64,000 nt of DNA. Source: an uncultured delta proteobacterium. Its GTDB lineage: Bacteria > Myxococcota_A > Polyangia > Polyangiales > Houyiibacteriaceae. Shown here in pieces: positions 1 through 9,561 of the stretch. The translations under genes and the position numbers were made by a program. Each line of letters begins with the position of its first letter. Positions within the stretch are counted from its first letter, which is position 1. The notes beneath the pieces are model-generated. The model had not been told where the DNA came from. It searched no databases and worked only from the letters and a program-made list of their open reading frames with translations. The DNA is taken from contig CAVOVB010000001.1 in NCBI GenBank assembly GCA_963699755.1, positions 608,001 to 672,000 on the forward strand, given 5' to 3'.

Positions 1-387
1 TTCAAGAAGATCCACGCGACACACCATCGAATTATGACCCCCTGGGCGATTACCGGTCACTACATGCACCCGGTGGAGCTCGTGCTGACCGGGACGGTGA
101 TGCTAGCCGGCCCGATCCTCGTCGGCGCGCACGTCGTGACCCTTTACATCTGGATCGTGCTCCGCGAGTGGGAGGCCGCCGAGGGCCACTCGGGCTACGA
201 CTTCCCCTGGAGCCCCACCCACCTGATCCCCTTCAGCGACGGCGCCACCCACCACGACTTCCACCACGCAAAAGTCAAAGGCAACTACGCGGGCTTCTTC
301 CCCTGGACCGATGCGGCCTTCGGCACGATGTGCGCTGGCTACGCCGCTCACCTGGAAAAACGGAGGAAGCTGAAGGCAGCGGCGTAA
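1..387 (+). CDS. Sterol desaturase / fatty acid hydroxylase family protein (5' partial)
   Basis: Frame 1 is open from base 1: FKKIHATHH ... HPVE ... GHSGYDFPW ... HHDFHH ... GNY; His-box pattern of the family. Confidence 0.85.
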   Translation, partial: FKKIHATHHRIMTPWAITGHYMHPVELVLTGTVMLAGPILVGAHVVTLYIWIVLREWEAAEGHSGYDFPWSPTHLIPFSDGATHHDFHHAKVKGNYAGFFPWTDAAFGTMCAGYAAHLEKRRKLKAAA

Positions 388-489
388 GAACCGGGGCGCG
401 GAAAAAACGCGTCACGGGGTTCCATCGAACGGCTCGGCTTCGGTTGTGGGGGTGTACAAGTGTCGCTGTTCGGCTTTGCTGCCGCGGAT

Positions 490-725
490 GTTAGGGGACG
501 GGTCTTGGGCGGGTTGCCTGGTCAGGTTTAGCTACAGCGCCCGCCCACCCCCACCCGTAATCCTCCCTGGAGCGGCAATCGCTTCGCTCTGCCTTGCCGG
601 CGCATTCGCGCCGGGCTTCGCCCTTCGGGCTCGCGCTGCCGCCTGCCGTTTGGGAGCCGGGTTCGCCCTGTCTCCGTACGGAGGGGCGCCGGCGAACGCG
701 ATGGGGGGGTTTGGCGGCGCCCCAG
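490..725. repeat. Structured GC-rich intergenic region (nested hairpins, REP-like) between convergent genes
   Basis: Inverted repeats tgggcggg/cccgccca, gcggca/tgccgc, ccggcgc-attc-gcgccgg, gccc-ttc-gggc. Confidence 0.45.
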
Positions 726-731
726 TTGCCT

Positions 732-1958
732 CTACTGCACCTCTTTCCGCTTCTTGATATCGAGCGCGGCCCGGATCCCCTTCTCGCGGATCACTTTCAG
801 CTTCAGCCCCGTCTCGGTGAGCTTGAAAAATCGCTTCCCGTACTTCCGAAGCTTCTTCTTGTCGATCTCAAAGCCGAGCCCCGGGCGCCGGAACGGCGGC
901 AGCATGCCGTTCTTGTTCGGCAGAATCGGGTCGATGATGCCTTCGCGGAGCTCTGGAATCCAGGACGGTTCTTCGAGCGGGTACTCCAGTGGGTGGCTGT
1001 TCTTTCGATCGGCCAACGCCATGTTCCAATTCACGTAGAAGCCGATGCCGTTGGTCCAGGTGTGTGGCGAGTAGATGCGATCGTGCTCGTGGCAGGCGTC
1101 GATGACCTTTTTCACCTGGGCCATGCCACCCGCGAAGCAGGCGTCCGGCTGGTAGATGTCCAGGCAATCCTTTTCGAACATGATCTTGATCTCGTCCCAG
1201 CCGTGGTTGAGCTCGGCCCCGGCGATCTTCACGCTCGAGGCCTTTTTCAAAGCCGCAAGCCCGTCGTAGTCGTGCCAGTCGAGCGGCTCTTCGAGCCAGG
1301 AGATCCCGTTGTCGTGACAGGCAGCGGCGAAGTCGCTTGCTCGCTTCAAATCCCAGGCCGGCACGCGATCGACGATCGACACCAGCCAGCCCTGATTTGC
1401 ATCGACGCCGAGCGCGAGGTCCTCACCTATTCCTTTTCGCACGACTTCGATCTGACGGATGTCCTCGGCGAGGTGAGGACTCTTCACCCTGAGCTTGGCC
1501 GTGCGGTAGCCGCGCTCCATCATCCGAAGCAGCTCGTCCACGCGCTGCTCGGGCGGATGCACCTCACCGGTCGAGAGGTAAACCGGAAGCGGACGCGGCG
1601 TCCCGCCGAAGAGCTCGTAGACAGGCTTGCCTTCGGCCTTGCCCTTGATGTCCCAGCAAGCCGCCTCCAACCAGAAGTTCCGCCACCCGAGAAAACCAGC
1701 CTGCTTCAGCAGGTCCTGCACCCGATCGATGTCGGTCGGGTCGCTGCCTAGCAGGTATCCACCGAGGAGGTCTCCGAGGCCCTGCCGCTCCTTGCCCATC
1801 GACTGCCCAGCCGCGTAGCCCTCGATCCCGTCCTCGGTGACGAGCTTCGCGAGCGTGAAGCGATTGTGCGTCTGCGGGTATCCCGGGATCCACGACGGCC
1901 AGAAGGTCTGACGAAGCGGAACCGAGACGTGAAAGAGCTCGATGGAAGCGATGCGCAT
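732..1958 (-). CDS. Mandelate racemase/muconate lactonizing enzyme family (enolase superfamily)
   Basis: ACWDIKGK, KLR, LGVDANQGW, WLEEPL, IAGAE, YQPD, SPH motifs. Confidence 0.9.
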   Translation of the reverse strand: MRIASIELFHVSVPLRQTFWPSWIPGYPQTHNRFTLAKLVTEDGIEGYAAGQSMGKERQGLGDLLGGYLLGSDPTDIDRVQDLLKQAGFLGWRNFWLEAACWDIKGKAEGKPVYELFGGTPRPLPVYLSTGEVHPPEQRVDELLRMMERGYRTAKLRVKSPHLAEDIRQIEVVRKGIGEDLALGVDANQGWLVSIVDRVPAWDLKRASDFAAACHDNGISWLEEPLDWHDYDGLAALKKASSVKIAGAELNHGWDEIKIMFEKDCLDIYQPDACFAGGMAQVKKVIDACHEHDRIYSPHTWTNGIGFYVNWNMALADRKNSHPLEYPLEEPSWIPELREGIIDPILPNKNGMLPPFRRPGLGFEIDKKKLRKYGKRFFKLTETGLKLKVIREKGIRAALDIKKRKEVQ

Positions 1959-1975
1959 CTTCGCTACGCTCTCAA

Positions 1976-3352
1976 TCAGGCCGCCGTTGAAGGGATTTCG
2001 GGGGTGTCGATTGCAGCGATTGCCGCGTCGACGTCCTCCTGGCTGAGCTGATGCCGATGCAGCTTGCCCGAAAAGTAGGCCTCGTACGAGGACATGTCGA
2101 AGTGACCGTGACCGCAGAGGTTGAAGAGGATGACGCGCTTCTTCCCCTCTTGCTGGGCCTGTTTCGCCTGGCGAATCGCCGAAGCGATCGCGTGGTTGGC
2201 TTCGGGCGCTGGGATGATGCCCTCCGCACGCGCGAAGAGCACCCCCGCTTCGAAGCTCTCGATCTGATCGACCGCCTCGGCGTCGATCAGCTTGTCGTGA
2301 AGAAGCTGGCTGACCAGCGCGCCGGCGCCATGATAGCGCAAGCCGCCCGCATGGATCTTCGCCGGCACGAAGTTGTGTCCGAGGGTGTACATCGGAATCA
2401 GAGGCGTCATACCGATGCTGTCACCGAAGTCGTAGCGGAACACGCCGCGCGTGAGCTTCGGGCAGGACGTCGGCTCGCTCGCCAAGCAGCGGATGTTCGT
2501 CCCCTCTGCGAAATTCATCCGAAGGAACGGAAAGCTCAGGCCTGCGAAGTTCGAGCCTCCACCAAAGGGCGCGATCACGACGTCGGGGAGCTCGCCCGCT
2601 TTTTCCATCTGCTTGACCGCCTCTTGTCCGACGACAGTCTGGTGCGTCAGCACGTGGTTGAGCACGCTGCCAAGAGAGTACTTCGTGTCCGGGTCGGTCG
2701 CCGCGCGCTCCACCGCTTCGGAAATCGCGATGCCGAGACTTCCGGGCGAATCGGGATCCTCGGCGAGAATCTTCCGACCGGCTTCGGTCCTGGGGCTCGG
2801 CGAGGGAAACACCTCCGCGCCCCAGGTATTCATCATGAGCTTCCGGTAAGGCTTCTGATCGTAGCTGATGCGCACCATGTAGACTTCGCAACCTACGCCG
2901 AAGTGCTGACAGGCGAAGCTCAACGCGCTTCCCCACTGCCCGGCGCCCGTCTCGGTCGTGATCCGCTTCACGCCCTCCTGCTTGTTGTAGTACGCCTGCG
3001 CAACCGCCGTGTTCGGCTTGTGCGACCCGGCCGGGCTCCCACCTTCGTACTTGTAGTAAATGTGCGCCGGTGTATCGAGCGCCTTTTCGAGCGAGCGGGC
3101 TCGGTACAAGGGAGACGGACGCCACTGCGTGTAGAGCTGCCTCACCTCCTCGGGAATCGGAATCCAACGCTCTTGGCTCACCTCCTGCTCGATCAGAGCC
3201 ATCGGAAAAAGCGGTGCCAAGGCCTCGGGGCCGATGGGCTCCTGGGTTGCCGGATTGAGCGGCGGCAACGGCTTGTTCGGCATGTCCGCTACGATATTGT
3301 ACCAACGCTCAGGGATTTCATTCTCTTCGAGAGTGATCTTGGTTTGCTTCAT
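1976..3352 (-). CDS. trpB2: TrpB-like PLP-dependent enzyme (TrpB2)
   Basis: [44 protein letters not shown]-terminal IPERWYNI. Confidence 0.93.
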   Translation of the reverse strand: MKQTKITLEENEIPERWYNIVADMPNKPLPPLNPATQEPIGPEALAPLFPMALIEQEVSQERWIPIPEEVRQLYTQWRPSPLYRARSLEKALDTPAHIYYKYEGGSPAGSHKPNTAVAQAYYNKQEGVKRITTETGAGQWGSALSFACQHFGVGCEVYMVRISYDQKPYRKLMMNTWGAEVFPSPSPRTEAGRKILAEDPDSPGSLGIAISEAVERAATDPDTKYSLGSVLNHVLTHQTVVGQEAVKQMEKAGELPDVVIAPFGGGSNFAGLSFPFLRMNFAEGTNIRCLASEPTSCPKLTRGVFRYDFGDSIGMTPLIPMYTLGHNFVPAKIHAGGLRYHGAGALVSQLLHDKLIDAEAVDQIESFEAGVLFARAEGIIPAPEANHAIASAIRQAKQAQQEGKKRVILFNLCGHGHFDMSSYEAYFSGKLHRHQLSQEDVDAAIAAIDTPEIPSTAA

Positions 3353-3424
3353 GGCGTCGCGGAGCCTACCAGCGCTTTGCGTCCCAGACGACCCCTAGCT
3401 AGCCGAGAAAGGCGCTTTGGCCCG

Positions 3425-4726
3425 ATGACCGACTCCCAGCCAGCCCAGCTCAGCCGATCCCTTGGATTTTGGGCGCTCGTCTTCTACGGCGTAGGGGACA
3501 TCCTAGGCGCCGGGATCTATGCCCTGGTCGGAAAAGTGGCAGGCGTCGCCGGAAGCGCGAGCTGGGCGGCCTTTGGCGTCGCGCTCTTGGTCGCGGGCCT
3601 CACCGCCCTCACCTACGCCGAGCTCGGCGGCCGCTTCCCGCGAAGCGCCGGCGAGTCGTTCTTCACCGAGCAAGCGTTCGGTCGCCCTGGCCTGGCGCTC
3701 CTAGTTGGCTGGATCGTTCTCTGTTCTGGAATCCTCTCGCTGGCCACGGTCTCGGTCGCCTTCGGCGGCTACATGAGCGGGCTGGTTCCCTGGCTTCCAC
3801 CATCGCTCACCGTCGTCGGCATTCTCCTCTTGCTGGCGGCGATCAACTTCCGAGGCATACGAGAGTCGTCGACCACGAACATCGTCGCCACCATGGTCGA
3901 GCTGACGGGCCTGCTGATCGTGATTGTGGTCGGCGCCGTCTTTCTAGGGCGCACGCCCGACGCAAGCATCGCACAAACCATCGAAGCGGGCCGCACCGTC
4001 GGTTGGACGGAGATCGCATCTGGCGCGGCCCTCGGCTTCTTCGCCTTCATCGGCTTCGAAGACATGGTCAACGTCGCCGAAGAGGTGAGGGATCCAGAGC
4101 GCAACATGCCTCGTGCGATCCTGATTGCGCTTTGCGTCACGGGTTTGGTCTATTTACTGGTCGTCGTAGTCGCAACAAGTGTCGTCGCGCCGGCCGTGTT
4201 GGCCGACTCCGAAGCGCCCCTTCTCTCCGTGGTGCGTCGAGCCACCGACGTCGTTCCCGACCGACTGTTCACCTTGATCGCTCTCTTTGCAGTCGCCAAC
4301 ACTGGCTTGCTGAACTTCATCATGGGCTCCCGCCTGATCTACGGCATGTCGCGTCAGGGGCTGCTGCCTGCAGCGCTCGGCAAGGTGCACCTCAAACGCC
4401 GCACGCCGCACCTCGCGATCCTCTCGGTACTGGCAGTCGCGCTCGTCTTGGCGCTCTCGGGCACGCTTACCTATCTGGCAGGCACGACCAGCCTGCTATT
4501 GCTTCTGGTTTTCTTTACCATCAACGTCTCCCTCGTCACGATCAAGCGGCGCGATCGCGAGGCGCTGCGCACATTTTGCGCGCCTCGGCTGGTTCCGATC
4601 GCAGGCGCTCTGAGCTGCCTCGGGTTGATGCCGTTCGTGCCCACAGGATCGCTCCTAACGGCCGGAATCATCCTCGGCTTGGGTGCGAGTCTGGTTGCGG
4701 TACGCGGCGAGCGCCGGTCCGCCTAG
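3425..4726 (+). CDS. APC family amino acid permease
   Basis: ATG at 3425; GDILGAGIY, YAELGGRFPRSAGE, FFAFIGFEDMVNVAEE; about 12 TM segments. Confidence 0.92.
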   Translation: MTDSQPAQLSRSLGFWALVFYGVGDILGAGIYALVGKVAGVAGSASWAAFGVALLVAGLTALTYAELGGRFPRSAGESFFTEQAFGRPGLALLVGWIVLCSGILSLATVSVAFGGYMSGLVPWLPPSLTVVGILLLLAAINFRGIRESSTTNIVATMVELTGLLIVIVVGAVFLGRTPDASIAQTIEAGRTVGWTEIASGAALGFFAFIGFEDMVNVAEEVRDPERNMPRAILIALCVTGLVYLLVVVVATSVVAPAVLADSEAPLLSVVRRATDVVPDRLFTLIALFAVANTGLLNFIMGSRLIYGMSRQGLLPAALGKVHLKRRTPHLAILSVLAVALVLALSGTLTYLAGTTSLLLLLVFFTINVSLVTIKRRDREALRTFCAPRLVPIAGALSCLGLMPFVPTGSLLTAGIILGLGASLVAVRGERRSA

Positions 4727-4998
4727 TCGCCCTTGGGCTTCGGCCTCTCGGGCGGAAGCGAGGGCCGAAACTCAGCTTGTCGCAGGTCGATAATCACGAT
4801 GACCAGGAACAGCGCGAATGATAGCGTGCCAATACCTTGGCCGACCGACATTGCCATCATGACGGGAATCCAACCCTGGTCGAAAAGAGACCAGCTCATC
4901 AGCGCCAGGGCGATCAGGCCGAGCACGCAGGCGTATACCATCAGTCGCGACCGGGAAGCCGTATCGAGGAACTTCTCGATCTTGGCTCGAGCGTTCAT
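4723..4998 (-). CDS. Small two-TM membrane protein, translationally coupled to the NapC-like gene
   Basis: 91 aa, two hydrophobic helices; ATGA overlap with the upstream gene. Confidence 0.7.
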   Translation of the reverse strand: MNARAKIEKFLDTASRSRLMVYACVLGLIALALMSWSLFDQGWIPVMMAMSVGQGIGTLSFALFLVIVIIDLRQAEFRPSLPPERPKPKGD

Positions 4999-5672
4999 CC
5001 GCCCTCCGGCGCTGGGGCCTGGAGCGCCGAATGAGCCGCGGCCTCCGATGGAGTTTCCTCGCCCGATTTGCTAAAAGGATGCGCGTATCCGTGGCAGCCG
5101 GCGCTGGCACAACTCGTTTGGTCGGTGCGCAGGTCGTCGAGAAGTCCGTTATGGTCCGCCACTTCGTTCCATACCTTGCCGGTCGTACTGTGACACTGCA
5201 TGCAGTTGTCGTTCTTGAAGGGTCGCGCGATGTGAATCTTCTCGATGACCTCGTCCCGGTCGTACCACATCCACTCGGAGACGAACTTGTACACGTGGCC
5301 CATGCCCCCGAGCTTGGTCATGGCGTAGCCGAACATCCCATAGTCCTTGTGGCAGACGTAGCAGCTCTCACCCCCGAACTTGTGGGTGCGAGAGTGAATC
5401 GCGGCGAGCGATTCGCTGCTCGGGTCGTTGGCGTCCTCGATCCACATGTCCATCGTGTGGCAGCTTCCGCAGAACCCTTGACGCTCGGTTGCGGCGAAGC
5501 CCTCCAGGTTGCCAATCATGGCAACCATGATGGGCAGCACGCCCACGCCAAGCAGCATCACCGACTTGCCCGCCGCATCGAGAGGCGGCCTCTTGACCAG
5601 GTAATAGAGCATGATGCTGGCCGCAACGACGGCACAAGCGAAAGCGATCCAAGACAGCGGCGATACGTGCAT
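4995..5672 (-). CDS. NapC/NirT family membrane tetraheme cytochrome c (quinol dehydrogenase)
   Basis: N-terminal TMs; FCGSCHTM, CYVCH, CMQCH, CASAGCH. Confidence 0.85.
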   Translation of the reverse strand: MHVSPLSWIAFACAVVAASIMLYYLVKRPPLDAAGKSVMLLGVGVLPIMVAMIGNLEGFAATERQGFCGSCHTMDMWIEDANDPSSESLAAIHSRTHKFGGESCYVCHKDYGMFGYAMTKLGGMGHVYKFVSEWMWYDRDEVIEKIHIARPFKNDNCMQCHSTTGKVWNEVADHNGLLDDLRTDQTSCASAGCHGYAHPFSKSGEETPSEAAAHSALQAPAPEGG

Positions 5673-6995
5673 GATTCAAGGGGCTCGTCACGTCCGTGGC
5701 GGTTCGAGCCCGATGAACATGATCCACGATCGGGTCGCAGTGCAAGTGGGCAGATCAGCCGCTCGAAGCATTGGCGGGTCGGCCTTGCCGCGGCCCTTGC
5801 ACTGACCATCCTAGCACCCTTTTCTCCGGCACTTGCCCAGCCCCACAGCGTGGGCGTCGAGGGCTGGGGGCAGCTCGACCCCAACGTCGGGCTGATCGTC
5901 GTCGAGGCGTCCACGCGCAAGTATCCGTACGTCGACGCCGAAGCGCTGATCTGGGGGGGAGCCGGATCGCCTCAGTACGGCCTGCGTGACAATGAATTCA
6001 CCTTCGAGGCGCTCGTGGCGACGATCAAAGTGAGGGATCCAAAGGGGATCAGCGACGCCAGACTGGGCCGGTTCATCCTTGCAACGGGCGCGGTGCGCGC
6101 CCAGCACGTCGATGGCGGGCATTTGATCCTGCGCGCGCCCTCCAAGACCCACTTCGAATTCTTCGGTGGGGTGCCCGTCGACGGGAACATCGAAGGCCGC
6201 AGCTACGACTGGATAGCAGGGGGCCGGGTCTCCCAGGGGCTCGGCAAAATTGGGGTCCTCGGCGGCTCGTACTACAACCGGTACAACGCCGGTCAGCGCT
6301 CCGATGAAGAGGTCGGGGTCGATTTCTCGCTACGAGCCGCGAGCTGGCTCGACATGGCGGCCAAGTTCTCGTGGGAGATCGTGAACCCGGGCCTTGCCGA
6401 AGTGCTTGCGACCATTTCTTCGCAAACCAACAATCGGAAGTTTCGCGCCGAAGTTTTCGCGAGCAAGCGCAACGTCACCCGCCTCCTGCAACAGACCTCG
6501 CTGTTCACCGTGCTCGGGGACCCGGGAATCTTCGCGACCGGCGCAAATCTCTTCTGGCGTGCTGCGCCACGGCTCGACTTGACAGTGGAAGGGGCCGGGC
6601 GGCAGGCAGAAGACCAATGGGGCTGGAGCGGGTACCTGCGTGGGCTCCTCCGCACCGACGACGAAGGCAAGGGGAGCGTCCTCGGTGAGCTGCGGCGCAT
6701 GCAAGTCGCCACGGCTCGCTGGACGGGGATCCGCCTCGCTTCGGTCATCCAGCTCTTCGAGGACGTCCAGCAGAGCGTGGGCCTGATGCCTGAATTCGAG
6801 GTCATCATTCCCGATGACCGCAACTCCATGACTGGCAGGGCCTGGCCCTGGGGTCGGCTCGCGCTCCGATACCGGCACCAAAGCGGTTGGTCCTTCGCGG
6901 CGGCGGCCGAAGCGAGCGCCAACCAGGTCCAACGACTCGACGTGCGAGGGCTGGCGCGCGTCGCTTTTCAGCGTACTTGGCACGGTCAGCAATGA
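5667..6995 (+). CDS. Putative outer-membrane beta-barrel (porin) of a porin-cytochrome complex; start uncertain
   Basis: Signal peptide ...LAAALALTILAPFSPALA-Q; alternating amphipathic strands rich in G/R/aromatics; ATGA overlap with the next cytochrome; nearest upstream GTG/ATG start found is GTG 5667. Confidence 0.65.
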   Translation: MHDSRGSSRPWRFEPDEHDPRSGRSASGQISRSKHWRVGLAAALALTILAPFSPALAQPHSVGVEGWGQLDPNVGLIVVEASTRKYPYVDAEALIWGGAGSPQYGLRDNEFTFEALVATIKVRDPKGISDARLGRFILATGAVRAQHVDGGHLILRAPSKTHFEFFGGVPVDGNIEGRSYDWIAGGRVSQGLGKIGVLGGSYYNRYNAGQRSDEEVGVDFSLRAASWLDMAAKFSWEIVNPGLAEVLATISSQTNNRKFRAEVFASKRNVTRLLQQTSLFTVLGDPGIFATGANLFWRAAPRLDLTVEGAGRQAEDQWGWSGYLRGLLRTDDEGKGSVLGELRRMQVATARWTGIRLASVIQLFEDVQQSVGLMPEFEVIIPDDRNSMTGRAWPWGRLALRYRHQSGWSFAAAAEASANQVQRLDVRGLARVAFQRTWHGQQ

Positions 6996-8050
6996 AACAG
7001 ATCGTCGCCATCGCAGCCCTGATCCTGCTTGCCGCCTGGTCGGGAGCCTGCGCCAAGATGCTCGGCCTCGATCGAGAAGAACAGGACCACCCTTTTGAGC
7101 ATCGCGCGCACGTCATCGAGGGCATCAATTGCTTGGAATGTCACGGGGGGATTCAAGAGACTGGAGACACCGGACCGTTACATTTTCCGACGACCGCAGA
7201 CTGCGTCGAATGTCACGAGGAACCCCACAATCCAGATACTTGCTCCGACTGCCATGGGCGCGCGAGAAATCGTCAGGCGGCAGAAATGGCTCGCAAGCAT
7301 CTGCGCTTCTCGCATCTGACGCACAGCGAAGAAGGCGCCGGTGACTGCGTGCGATGTCACGTCAACGTGACCAGCAATTCCGACTACGTTCGGGTCAAGC
7401 ATCCGACGTGCTTTAGCTGTCACGCGCACAAAGGCCAATGGGACACACGTGACTGCGGTGGTTGTCACGTCGATCTGCCCGGCGAGATGGCTCCGCCCGA
7501 GAGCCACGTCATCCACGACGGCAACTTCCTGCGCGAGCACGGCGTGCAGGCGAACGCGCAGGGCGACCTCTGCACCGCTTGCCACACCCAGCGCCAATGC
7601 GCCGCCTGCCACGGCGTGACCGTGCCCACGATCCCCTCACGATTTCGTTTTGATGACCCTATGCGGGATTCGATGCACCGCGCGAACTTCATCTCGGTCC
7701 ATGACCAGCAGGCCGTCGCCGACCCCGCGCAGTGCATCGTCTGTCACAGCGAGCTCTTCTGCGTCGACTGCCACACGAGGTTGGGAATCTCAGGCCAGAA
7801 TCCGGTTCGCGGGAATCCGCATCCGCCCGGCTGGTCGGGCCCGCCGGGCTCGTCGAATACCCATGGGCAAGCGGCCCGCCTCGACCCGCTCTCTTGCGCG
7901 AGCTGCCACGGCGGCGCCGGCGAGACCCTCTGCGTGAGCTGCCATCAGGTCGGCGGACCAGGGGGCAATCCACATCCGCCGGGCTTCAATAGCCGCTTGA
8001 GCAAAGCCAACGATCTCCCGTGTCGGCTCTGCCATATCGGAGGACTATGA
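6992..8050 (+). CDS. Multiheme cytochrome c, 13 CxxCH, probable lipoprotein
   Basis: MKQIVAIAALILLAAWSGAC signal; 13 CxxCH counted. Confidence 0.92.
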   Translation: MKQIVAIAALILLAAWSGACAKMLGLDREEQDHPFEHRAHVIEGINCLECHGGIQETGDTGPLHFPTTADCVECHEEPHNPDTCSDCHGRARNRQAAEMARKHLRFSHLTHSEEGAGDCVRCHVNVTSNSDYVRVKHPTCFSCHAHKGQWDTRDCGGCHVDLPGEMAPPESHVIHDGNFLREHGVQANAQGDLCTACHTQRQCAACHGVTVPTIPSRFRFDDPMRDSMHRANFISVHDQQAVADPAQCIVCHSELFCVDCHTRLGISGQNPVRGNPHPPGWSGPPGSSNTHGQAARLDPLSCASCHGGAGETLCVSCHQVGGPGGNPHPPGFNSRLSKANDLPCRLCHIGGL

Positions 8051-9561
8051 AGCGAGCCGCCATCCTCGTCGGGATCTTCGCCGCGCTCGGAGTCGTGGCC
8101 GGCTTTCTCGTTGCGAGGCTCAGCACCGACGTCTTCCCGACGATGAAAGAACAACGCAATGCCGGGCCCACCCGGACGGTGCCGAAAAACTGGCCCCAAG
8201 TTCGCCTGTCTCCGGGGCACTCTCAGCACATCATCAACGAACGGGTCAAATGCGACGAATGTCATGACCCCGCCGACGAGACCTTTCGGGCTCCCGACAC
8301 CGGGGTATGCACCCAATGCCACGAAGAGCAGGCGTCGTTGGCGCACGTCAACCTCGATGGCACGCCGATGGACTGTTACACCTGCCACATCTTCGGCGCG
8401 GAACCCGAAGTGTTCGGGCGATGGCACTGCACGCGCTGCCACGGGCCGTTCCAAAGCGATGGCATGGAAGGCCTCGCCATGCACAACACCGTGCCATGCG
8501 AGACCTGCCACAACCCGCATAAGGCCATCGACGAGACGATTCGTGAGTGCGGCGAGTGCCATGAGAAGATGAATCTGCAGCATGGCCAAACGAAACTCAG
8601 CGGAACATGCGCCGATTGCCATGGAGGGCATCAACTCGCTACCGATGCAGCGTCGTGTTTGAGCTGCCACGCGACGAAGTCGCCGATCGTTCCTGCTTCT
8701 GCGACCTTTGGAGGGGGACATGATTCATGCGCAGACTGCCACAAGGCTCATGCGTTTTCGGCAGAGAGCGCACTGCGGTGCAACTCCTGCCACGCGGGCG
8801 TGCGCGTGCTTGCGCAGAGCTCCGCGCCGGAGCACCGCGATTGCACGAGCTGTCATTCACCCCACGACGTGCGCGCAGCGGGAGATCAGTCCTGCAAGGG
8901 GTGCCATCGAGATGTGGCTTCGACCCATGCCGCACAGAGCACCAAGGACTGCGTCGGATGCCACGAGCCGCATCCGCAGCGTGTCGCGCAAATCGCGCTG
9001 CAGTGCTCGAGGTGCCACGAGGAGGCTAGCTCGGAGCGAGCGTTTCACGCCGGAAACATTCCCTGCACCGGTTGCCACGAGCCCCATCGATTCGACCTCA
9101 GCGGCCTCAGCGATCGCGCCCTGTGCAGGCGGTGCCACGTCGCTCAGGTTCGTCTAACCCGTCGAAATTTGGGGCATTCCAGCTGCTCGGGCTGCCATCA
9201 GGGAACGGTGCACGAGCCCGCTGGAGTTCTGACCTGCGGCAGCTGTCACGAAGAGAAGCTCGCGCGAAGCCCGGCTGGCCACCGTGAGTGCGCGTCGTGC
9301 CACGAGCCGCACGGCGGCACGGTCTCGGCACAAACCAGTTGCACGGGATGCCACAAGGTTGCGCAGCTACCGGGGCTGCACCGCCTGGCCGACGTGCCGA
9401 TCGGTGAGGGCCACACTAAGTGCGCGGCTTGTCACGACATTCACGAATTGAAGGTTCGCGCCGGCCGCGCAGACTGCATGACCTGCCATGAGGACGTCGC
9501 CGATCACCAACCCGATGCCAAGGTCTGCACGGGATGCCATACATTCATCCGCGCCCGTTAG
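8047..9561 (+). CDS. Multiheme cytochrome c, 23 CxxCH, N-terminal membrane anchor/signal
   Basis: ATG 8047 overlaps the upstream TGA; 23 CxxCH in 504 aa. Confidence 0.93.
   Translation: MKRAAILVGIFAALGVVAGFLVARLSTDVFPTMKEQRNAGPTRTVPKNWPQVRLSPGHSQHIINERVKCDECHDPADETFRAPDTGVCTQCHEEQASLAHVNLDGTPMDCYTCHIFGAEPEVFGRWHCTRCHGPFQSDGMEGLAMHNTVPCETCHNPHKAIDETIRECGECHEKMNLQHGQTKLSGTCADCHGGHQLATDAASCLSCHATKSPIVPASATFGGGHDSCADCHKAHAFSAESALRCNSCHAGVRVLAQSSAPEHRDCTSCHSPHDVRAAGDQSCKGCHRDVASTHAAQSTKDCVGCHEPHPQRVAQIALQCSRCHEEASSERAFHAGNIPCTGCHEPHRFDLSGLSDRALCRRCHVAQVRLTRRNLGHSSCSGCHQGTVHEPAGVLTCGSCHEEKLARSPAGHRECASCHEPHGGTVSAQTSCTGCHKVAQLPGLHRLADVPIGEGHTKCAACHDIHELKVRAGRADCMTCHEDVADHQPDAKVCTGCHTFIRAR

Noticed and set aside
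2051..3424. Long N-terminal extension of the permease ORF (891 aa)
   Set aside because: It is the antisense shadow of trpB2; permease similarity begins at ATG 3425
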